Assembly (NCBI GenBank): GCA_002269645.1
Contig: NIVC01001265.1
Span: 248,001 to 312,000, forward strand
Origin: Macrostomum lignano
Taxonomy: Eukaryota
DNA: 64,000 nt
Direction of reading: 5' to 3'
Part shown: positions 55,901 through 64,000 of the stretch, piece by piece
Layout: every line of letters starts with the position of its first letter
Position numbering within the stretch: position 1 is the stretch's first letter
Program-made: the position numbers and the translations under genes
The notes under the pieces: generated by a model
Databases searched by the model: none
What the model saw: the letters and a program-made list of their open reading frames with translations, nothing else
Told to the model about the DNA's origin: nothing

Positions 55901-58900
55901 GCCAGTCAGGGGACAGGACACGGGGGGATGCCGTGACTCACTCACCCCCAGATCAATTTATTAAGCATTAATCAAGAGAGCTGGACAGATTAATGGCATC
56001 GAGTGGTAGCACAATAAGAGATATATAGAGGGGGTAGAGACGACAAACCAAATCCAATTCCATCAAGGATGTCTGGTCAGGCCTAGAAATCCAGTCACTG
56101 ATTCTCCAAGCCACGTACGAAGTCTCCGCTCCTCTTTAAGAAATCGTTTTTTAAACGATTACGTAATCAAACACGCTCTGTAAACTCTGCGCTGTCCTGG
56201 GACAAGCCTAGTCATAGTTAGGCCAAACAGTTCAGTCAGGAGCTGTCACTGCAGAACTGAAACTCTTAGGGTGAGACTCTCGGAGTGAAATTCTCAGGGT
56301 GAGACTCTCAGAGTGAAATTATCAGGCTGAGACTCTCGGAGCGAAATTCTCAGGGTGAGACTCTCTGAGTGAAACTCTTAGGGTGAGACTCTCGGAGTGA
56401 AATTCTCAGGGTGAGACTCTCAGAGTGAAATTATCAGGCTGAGACTCTCGGAGCGAAATTCTCAGGGTGAGACTCTCGGAGTGAAATTCCCAGGGTGAGA
56501 CTCTGAGTGAAACTCTTAGGGTGAGACTCTCGGAGTGAAATTCTCAGGGTGAGACTCTCGGAGTGAAATTCTCAGGGTGAGACTCTCGGAGTGAAATTCT
56601 CAGGGTGAGACTCTGAGTGAAACTCTTAGGGTGAGACTCTCGGAGTGAAATTCTCAGGGTGAGACTCTCGGAGTGAAATTCTCAGGGTGAGACTCTCGGA
56701 GTGAAATTCTCAGGGTGAGACTCTGAGTGAAACTCTTAGGGTGAGACTCTCGGAGTGAAATTCTCAGGGTGAGACTCTCGGAGTGAAATTCTCAGGGTGA
56801 GACTCTGAGTGAAACTCTTAGGGTGAGACTCTCGGAGTGAAATTCTCAGGGTGAGACTCTCGGAGTGAAATTCTCAGGGTGAGACTCTGAGTGAAACTCT
56901 TAGGGTGAGACTCTCGGAGTGAAATTCTCAGGGTGAGACTCTCGGAGTGAAATTCTCAGGGTGAGACTCTGAGTGAAACTCTTAGGGTGAGACTCTCGGA
57001 GTGAAATTCTCAGGGTGAGACTCTCGGAGTGAAACTCTTAGGGTGAGACTCTCGGAGTGAAATTATCAGGGTGAGACTCTCAGAGTGAAATTCTCAGGGT
57101 GAGACTCTGAGTGAAACTCTTAGGGTGAGACTCTCGGAGTGAAATTATCAGGGTGAGACTCTCGGAGTGAAACTCTGAGGGTGAGACTCTCGGAGTGAAA
57201 TTATCAGGGTGAGACTCTCGGAGTGAAATTATCAGGGTGAGACTCTCGGAGTGAAATTATCAGGGTGAGACTCTCAGAGTGAAATTATCAGGCTGAGACT
57301 CTCGGAGTGAAATTATCAGGGTGAGACTCTCAGAGTGAAATTATCAGGCTGAGACTCTCGGAGCGAAATTCTCAGAGTGAGACTCTCTGAGTGAAACTCT
57401 TAGGGTGAGACTCTCGGAGTGAAATTCTCAGGGTGAGACTCTCAGAGTGAAATTATCAGGGTGAGACTCTCGGAGTGAAATTCTCAGGGTGAGACTCTCG
57501 GAGTGAAACTCTTAGGGTGAGATTCTCGGAGTGAAGCTTTTGGGATGTGAATTTCGGAGTGAAACTCTCAGAGTGTGAATCTCGGAGTGAAACTCTGAGT
57601 GTGAATCTCGGAGTGAAACACCCAGAGCGTGAATCTCGAAGTGAGATTCTAAGAAGAGCCTCTTAAGGTGACTTTAGAAACTTTGAGACTTTCGGGGTGA
57701 GACTCTTAGAGTGAGATCTTTGGGATGAGACTTTTGTAGTGAAACCTCTGAGGTTTAACTGCCATGGTGACACTTCAAGGGTGAGACCCTTAGAGTGACA
57801 CTTAGGACGAGACTCCAGTGGAAATTAGACACCTGGAATGAGACGCATTCAAGGGGAGCTGCTTAGGATGAGACAGACAGAACTCTGGGCTGCGGGGCAA
57901 ACCTTGTGAAACGAGATGACATTCTCTGGCAGCACCCGGCTAATGGACAGGCAGGACCTGTAGCCGTTGAGCAACTCGCTGTACATGCGAATAAAGACCG
58001 CCCGGATCTGCTTGTCGATCCAGTCCTCTCGGCCGGCCAGGCGGCGGGTCAGCAGCTCGGCCGCCTCGCCGCCGACAGTCGACGGCCCCGACGCTGTTGC
58101 TGCAGCCGATGAGGACACGCCAGTGGCCGCGGCGGCGGAGTCTCCGACGCCAGGATGGTCGACCGCGGAACTAGAAGCGCTTGACGACGGCGGAAAGGCG
58201 TAGTCGGCAGTCAGAAGGCTCGGGTTCAGCACCTGTGTGGAGTGCAAATATCAGTACGTTAAGTGTGTTGTCAGCCAGTGTCTCAGTGACCCAGCAAGCC
58301 AGTGACCCAGCAAGCCAGTGACCCAGCAAGCCAGTGACCCAGCAAGCCAGTGACCCAGCAAGCCAGTGACCCAGCAAGCCAGTGACCCAGCAAGCCAGTG
58401 ACCCAGCAAGCCAGTGACCCAGCAAGCCAGTGACCCAGCAAGTCAGTGACTCGGCAGGCCAGCGACCCAGCAAGCCAGTGACCCAGCAAGCCAGTGACCC
58501 AGCAAGTCAGTGACTCGGCAGGCCAGCGACCCAGCAAGTCAGTGACCCAGCAAGCCAGTGACCCAGCAAGTCAGTGACCCGGCAGGCCAGTGACCCAGCA
58601 AGCCAGTGACCCTGCAAGCCAGTGACCCCAGTATGTTCACCCAACAATAACCAACTGAAATGCATGTTAATTCAACGCTATTTAAATATTGTAACACTTT
58701 CAATACCATGGCAAGCGGCCAGCCAAGGGTATAGGATCAGGATAAGCTTCAGTATGCAGCTATAAAAAACGAACAGGCTTACAGCACGCAAGTCTACAGG
58801 GCCGGAGAGGAGGCGGGGCGGCGGTAAGAGGCGGTCGTTTTCGGGTAGCTAGCAGGAATAGGCGGACAGTCGTCAGCGCAGATGGCAATCGCTTCACCAA

Positions 58901-61900
58901 CAACTGGCTGCACACAGTCAGTCAGTCAATTGGCACAAGCCAGTAGCGGTGCTGTAAGCTCCATACTTATATACAGATTATGGCTTGACGGAGGGAACAG
59001 ACCCAGCTGGAATTCATGCTGTTCTATCTACACTATAATTATTGTCCTGGCACCAGTCATTTAGCTAGCTTAGAATATTTTAAAAGTCCGCCTACGAAGT
59101 TGTAAATCATTCCAATTTTTAACAAGCAGATGTTTTAAGCTATTAAAATTGTTAACCCAGAAACATATAGTAATGCATTTTAGTTGTTCAAATAATTCAC
59201 TAACAGAAATAGTGACAGAGACAGAGCCTCACTCATCTAAGAGTGACAGAATCAAAACCTCACTCATCTAAGAGTGACAGAAACAGAGCCTCACTCATCT
59301 AAGAGTGACAGAAACAGAGCCTCACTCATCTAAGAGTGACAGAATCAAAACCTCACTCATCTAAGAGTGACAGAATCAGAGCCTCACTCATCTAAGAGTG
59401 ACAGAAACAGAGCCTCACTCATCTAAGAGTGACAGAATCAAAACCTCACTCATCTAAGAGTGACAGAAACAGAGCCTCACTCATCCAAGAGTGACAGAGA
59501 ACAGAAGGAATTGAAAACAGTCAGGCAAACTCACCGCAGTGATATCGCCGATCACAGGCCTAAGAGTGCATTCTGATATTTGAGTAACGGAGGACTGGCC
59601 GCCGGACCATTTCTCGTGGACGCAGCCAAGGTCGAGGTCAGCGCAGATCAGATCAAACACGGCCTCCATAGCGTCAACGTGACTTTTCAAAGAGCCGTGA
59701 ATGCCGTACAGAAACGGCACGGTGGCGTTAACGTATTCAAGCAGAGGTTTGGGCAGAATGGGCACCAAAGTGTGCTCGCTGGAGGAGGATGGGGTGGTGA
59801 CGCAATAAATATAGCAAATTCTGAATGATAAATAATTTTAATAATTACCAGAGTAGGAAAATAACCTATATGTATTGGGATGATAAGGTCCCACTGAAGG
59901 TAGCAGAGAAGAGGGAGGCGAAGGACAAATCAAGGGGCAGCAGGGACACACTGAGGGACACATCAAGGGGGCAGCAAGGACACACTAAAGGACACATCAA
60001 GGGGGCAGCAGGGACACACTGAGGGACACATCAAGGGGGCAGCAGGGACACACTGAGGGACACATCAAGGGGGCAGCAGGGACACACTAAAGGACACATC
60101 AAGGGGGCAGCAGGGACACACTAAAGGACACATCAAGGGAGCAGCAGGGACACACTGAGGGACACATCAAGGGGGCAGCAGGGACACACTAAAGAACACA
60201 TCAAGGGGGCAGCAGGGACACACTAAAGGACACATCAAGGGGGCAGCAGGGACACACTAAAGGACACATCAAGGGAGCAGCAGGGACACACTGAGGGACA
60301 CATCAAGGGGGCAGCAGGGACACACTAAAGAACACATCAAGGGGGCAGCAGGGACACACTAAAGGACACATCAAGGGGGCAGCAGGGACACACTAAAGGA
60401 CACATCAAGGGGGCAGCAGGGACACACTAAAGGACACATCAAGGGGGCAGCAGGGACACACTAAAGGACACATCAAGGGGGCAGCAGGGACACACTGAGG
60501 GACACATCAAGGGGGCAGCAGGGACACACAGAGGGACACATCAAGGGGGCAGCAGGGACACACTAAAGGACACATCAAGGGGGCAGCAGGGACACACTAA
60601 AGGACACATCAAGGGGGCAGCAGGGACACACTAAAGGACACATCAAGGGGGCAGCAGGGACGCACTGAGGGACACATCAAGGGGGCAGCAGAGACACACT
60701 GAGGGACACATCAAGGGGGCAGCAGGGACACACTAAAGGACACATCAAGGGGGCAGCAGGGACACACTGAGATACAAAGCCCCGCCACAGCCCAGAAATT
60801 TCCCAGCAAGAATAACCGAGTTCACTCACTAATTAAACGGATAGAGCAGCGCAGTGAGGGCCCTGCAGGCGGAGGTCAGCCTGGCATAGCTATAAGAAAA
60901 CAGCGCCACTCTGCAGCCAGTGAGCAGGGCGGTGACAAGCAGGATGCAGTTGTGAATGCCCAGCTGACGGAACAGAAGAGTTACAGAGGAGCCCGTTACT
61001 GGAACTTCTGAGCACATTGGCGGCCGTACAATCTGCGGGATGTTCGAGTTTTAATTAGAACAGCGTTTAAGAATTATTAATGCCAACACCAATTCTACCT
61101 ATTCTATTGCAATAGAACTAGAAAATAGGTCCACCTCTGTCTAGGGATATCTGCCTATTCTAGAACTATTCCATGTCCTATTCTATCCCTAATATATTCC
61201 TTATTATATTCCCTAGGAACTATTCCTTATTCTAGAAAATAGGTTTACTTCTGTCTGTCTGGGGAAATCTCCCTATTATAGAACTAGAAAATAGGTTTAC
61301 TTCTGTCTGTCTGGGGAAATCTCCCTATTCTAGAACTAGAAAATAGGTTTACTTCTGTCTGTCTGGGGAAATCTCCCTATTCTAGAACTAGAAAATAGGT
61401 TTACTTCTGTCTGAGTAAATCTCCCTATTCTACACCTAGAACTAGAAAATAGGTTTACTGCTGTCTGGGACCCTATTCAAGAAATAGAAGATAGGTTCTC
61501 CTCTGTCGGGGAAGAATCCCATTGACGCATCACAGAAATACATCGCCACACCTCAACCCACCTGGTGGTCGTGCGCGGATATGCTAAACCTAGTCGGCAC
61601 GTGACTGCTAACAATAACTCCGCCAAGCAGATTGCCAACAATTCTTTCTAACTGGCCCTCCTCTTTGCGGGCCGAGCCGTCTACGTAGGCGGTGTAGATC
61701 ACGGCTAGACAGTCGTGCAGCACCTCGGGACAGTCGTGCCTGGACAGCAGCACCAGACTCTTGGGCGCGTACAGGTCAGCTGGCCGAACCAGATGGGGGT
61801 CGGCCGCCGCTGCCTGCTGCAACTCCCCGTTGGAGCCATGGAACTGCTGCTGCTCCAGCTGGTCGTCTGGCAGAGATTCAGATGACAGGCCAAGAGACGG

Positions 61901-62154
61901 CCGACGGCCCATGCAGAGCAGCTTCTGCTGAGAACTGACTGGCTCATAAAAATTGAACATGGCCGCGTAGCACTGGGAGCCGCTCTCGGACGTGAAGGTG
62001 TGCACAAAAAATGTGGGCGCCTGAGGCCGGCTGGTCAGGTGCCAACCGCAAGGCTGACAGAACAGCTCCTGGTGCTCCACGAATGCGAAATCTTCCCAAT
62101 TGGTGATTGGGAAGCGTTGGACAAGCTTGCCACCGCATGACTCCTCCGCGCGAC
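36282..62154 (-). CDS. Sbf: Sbf / myotubularin-related pseudophosphatase (MTMR5/MTMR13 orthologue): uDENN-cDENN-dDENN, SBF2 region, GRAM, inactive PTP, C1, PH; 5'-partial, ~2300 aa found
   Basis: Exons (minus): 62154-61562, 61032-60830, 59778-59535, 58232-57903, 52056-51668, 51021-50676, 50315-50031, 49350-48554, 48373-47939, 47334-47198, ~46750-46344, 45986-45557, 43880-43803, 42718-42650, 40978-40860, 40567-40167, 39461-38849, 38612-38289, 36995-36282. Motifs recalled from SBF1/2: QRFP...[96 protein letters not shown]...WKRRYFVLD. The acceptor near 46750 and the two small exons near 43.8 and 42.7 kb are less certain. Confidence 0.93.
37020..38245. repeat. 38-bp intronic minisatellite (GGGCAGGCGAGTGTACATTGGGAGGGGTAAGAGAGATG)
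   Basis: Fills the intron that splits the Sbf C1 domain. Confidence 0.97.
38645..38848. repeat. (GACA)n microsatellite with CACCCAT interruptions
   Basis: Fills most of the Sbf intron 38848-38613. Confidence 0.95.
39600..40160. repeat. 30-bp intronic minisatellite (CCAACCAGCCAATCAGAGACAGTCCAGGCC), partly a 60-bp dimer
   Basis: Two alternating variants; starts ~8 nt after the donor at 40166. Confidence 0.95.
41125..42045. repeat. 23/24-bp intronic minisatellite (GTATGGGATTCAGTGTGGGGTAGA)
   Basis: Directly visible. Confidence 0.95.
43060..43270. repeat. Diverged ~95-bp tandem repeat, about 2.5 copies
   Basis: GGCCACTATCAG...GGGTGTCT.GCGGGAGTG...AAAAGACG.CAAAC..TGCCCCAATTAATCTGA recurs. Confidence 0.7.
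44450..44660. repeat. Diverged ~47-bp tandem repeat (CGACGCTCATTGGCTAGTT...CTCATTCCTACCCCTAA)
   Basis: 4-5 copies. Confidence 0.7.
46815..47165. repeat. 28-bp minisatellite family, locus 4 (Sbf intron)
   Basis: Same unit as 10575-11135. Confidence 0.95.
47490..47830. repeat. Degenerate ~19-bp intronic repeat (ATTGTAACAAAGACACACG)
   Basis: Directly visible. Confidence 0.85.
49365..50020. repeat. Two intronic arrays: 31-bp GGGTCTGGTGGTGTTAGGGTCTGGTAGGGTT (~49365-49740) and 22-bp AGACAGGGTGCAGGGTTCAGTC (~49770-50020)
   Basis: Together they fill the intron 50030-49351 almost end to end. Confidence 0.95.
50380..50640. repeat. 51-bp intronic minisatellite, about 4.5 copies
   Basis: GGGATCTCACTGAATCCCAGTGACCCTCCACCCCATCTTCAGTGCTCGGAT. 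Confidence 0.9.
51022..51600. repeat. (GACA)n microsatellite
   Basis: Runs right up to the Sbf acceptor at 51022. Confidence 0.97.
52845..53000. repeat. (CT)n microsatellite and CT-rich tract
   Basis: Directly visible. Confidence 0.9.
53361..53742. repeat. 16-bp minisatellite (GAGAGTGTACATGCCT), about 24 near-perfect units
   Basis: Directly visible. Confidence 0.97.
54340..54775. repeat. GA-rich degenerate repeat (GAGATGAGATG/GGCTGAGA)
   Basis: Directly visible. Confidence 0.75.
55150..55620. repeat. 16-bp minisatellite (TCACAAGCTCGAA[TAT/ACT])
   Basis: Directly visible. Confidence 0.9.
56262..57650. repeat. 28/26-bp minisatellite (AGGGTGAGACTCTCGGAGTGAAATTCTC) with higher-order structure
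   Basis: Directly visible; decays towards 57800. Confidence 0.95.
58283..58630. repeat. 16-bp intronic minisatellite (CAGTGACCCAGCAAGC)
   Basis: Directly visible. Confidence 0.95.
59210..59500. repeat. 31-bp intronic minisatellite (CCTCACTCATCTAAGAGTGACAGAAACAGAG)
   Basis: About 9 units. Confidence 0.93.
59935..60770. repeat. 34-bp intronic minisatellite (GGACACATCAAGGGGGCAGCAGGGACACACTAAA)
   Basis: Directly visible. Confidence 0.95.
61140..61500. repeat. ~52-bp intronic repeat (CTATTCTAGAACTAGAAAATAGGTTTACTTCTGTCTGTCTGGGGAAATCTCC)
   Basis: About 6 variably diverged copies. Confidence 0.85.
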
Positions 62155-64000
62155 CTTTGGGTTTTGGGAGTATTGATGCAATTAAAATCTCTTCAAATGT
62201 AGATTTTAGTTAAGTTCATTCATCCCATGCTTATCCAATATAATAATTCTTGCTTTATAATACACATGTATAGTTTAGTGTACCTTTTACTGACAAATAT
62301 GAAGTAACATTGGCCAAACTCATAGCACTAAGCCTTTAATAGCCTACAATCCAAACAACCTGACTTGATATCATAACACATGCTAAAAATATTTAACTCA
62401 GATTTACCTTGTAGTCAAGTGAATTTTAAACTATGAACAAGTTTGTTATATTTCAAGGAACCAAAGAAATAAAACCAAATAAGAAACCAATTCAATAGAA
62501 AACTCCTTTAGTATTATGATTTAGATGCATATGCAAATAGATATAATATTTAATTAGCTCTATTGATGATATAGGTATATATATATACAACTTTAAAAGT
62601 AGTTTTATTGTCAAAAGTTCCACTTCTCTTTTATAATTTAACATAAGAATTGAAATAAAAATATACCCAACAGCATTAAAAAATTGCCACCTTTGAGAGT
62701 GCACAGTAAATTCTAGCTCAGTATTGACTTTTGAGTGATATAACTTATGCCACGCAATGTAGAGTTGGGCTAAGTGAGGAGGGATTTTGAAGAGTGGAGG
62801 GCAAAGATTAGATGGATTGAAGCTTCCACCTGGTTTTAATTGGTTTTTCAAGCATTTCTTGTTGGTTGGCCAGGTGATAGACATTGGTCAAAAGACACTA
62901 TTCATTTGGGTAAAAAGACAATACTTACTGGGGAAAAAAGGTAGCAACTTTCCAACATAGCTGAGTATCCCTTGGCTATAAAAGAGACATACTCTATGGT
63001 ATATGTTATAGATATAAATAAATTTATATAAATACCATGCCACTAGACTCTAGAGATAGTATGCCAACTCTACAAAAATTTTATATACAATAAGCTTATA
63101 TGGGGTACAAGTAATTTTGTTAATAAGCTACTCTAATGACAATGTACATTTTGAAATACCAGTTAAAAATTTGTAGAGCTTTTATTATATTTCTATTAGA
63201 TCACTTTTATATTATTCATACATGCACAACCTCCCAAATTCCATTAACCATGTGACTTAGTTTTTAACAAAAATGCGACATAGTTTTTGGCCAAAAAATG
63301 TGACTTACCTGATGCATGAAACAACGAAACATTCAACAAATCAACAAAACATTCGCAACATGAAAGCTGAGGAAAGAACAGTTAAAAGTTAATCAACATT
63401 GTCCTGAGGCTTCTCCACATTGTCACCACTGCGCTGGCAGTAACATTGTCACCAACCCTCATACAATCCATATGTATTGTATGAGGGTTCTATTTCAGTT
63501 TTTGCAGCCCTATGGGATATAATATAGTTCATTTACAGTTGACAAAGTGATAAAAGTTAGGGAATTTCTAATTTGCCAATTGACAGAGTTACCAAGGTTT
63601 GAAACCACTTTGTTGGCTTGTTGACAAAAAAAACAATGCAAAAAGGGACCCAAACTAGTCACAAAGATGGTAGATTTCATGCAAAATTATGGCATATACA
63701 AAGGAATTTTCTGGCACACATGGCATACATAGCACATGGCACGCCACTCTTGGTACATAGTCTATATAGTAAAATCTTCTTAGTTCAAACATAAAGTATG
63801 GCATGTGTTAATATATACTTGTTGGGTTGTTCCTTTTTCAAATAAATATTCAATTCACTTCAATCTTCAAAAAAGCACAAAAAAGTTTTTTAATATATAA
63901 ATATATATTGTATTGAAAAATTTAAATATCATGACAATTTTTATTTTATTAATATTGAGGAAAAATTCTAAAATATGCAAAATTCAAAATTCAAAATAAG

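Overview
This is eukaryotic (animal) genomic DNA. GC-rich exons with Ala/Gln runs and minisatellite-packed introns suggest a free-living flatworm such as Macrostomum, but this is an inference that the sequence alone cannot prove. Five intron-containing genes could be reconstructed by hand with consistent splice phases: a secreted Ig-like protein (minus, 2132-4110); a divergent synaptotagmin-like TM+2xC2 protein (minus, 13524-18557); a 93-aa neuropeptide precursor absent from the ORF track, ending KR-CRLNDYRACPIG* (plus, 19618-19968); an ABCG half-transporter (plus, 23276-29432); and most of an Sbf/MTMR5-13 gene (minus, 36282-62154, first exon not found). The window also has a young but doubly disrupted Ty3/Gypsy LTR retrotransposon (30244-34862), two MITE-like elements and about 40 tandem arrays. 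Most long ORFs in the supplied track are repeat artefacts, and there is no CRISPR, rRNA or tRNA. The best leads are (1) the cyclic, probably amidated neuropeptide gene lying head-to-head with the synaptotagmin-like gene, and (2) the organisation of the repeats: nearly every intron carries a private array starting close to a splice site, one 28-bp family is dispersed to four loci, and one array has an unexpanded single-unit paralogue elsewhere in the window. All coordinates were counted by hand, and array boundaries are approximate.
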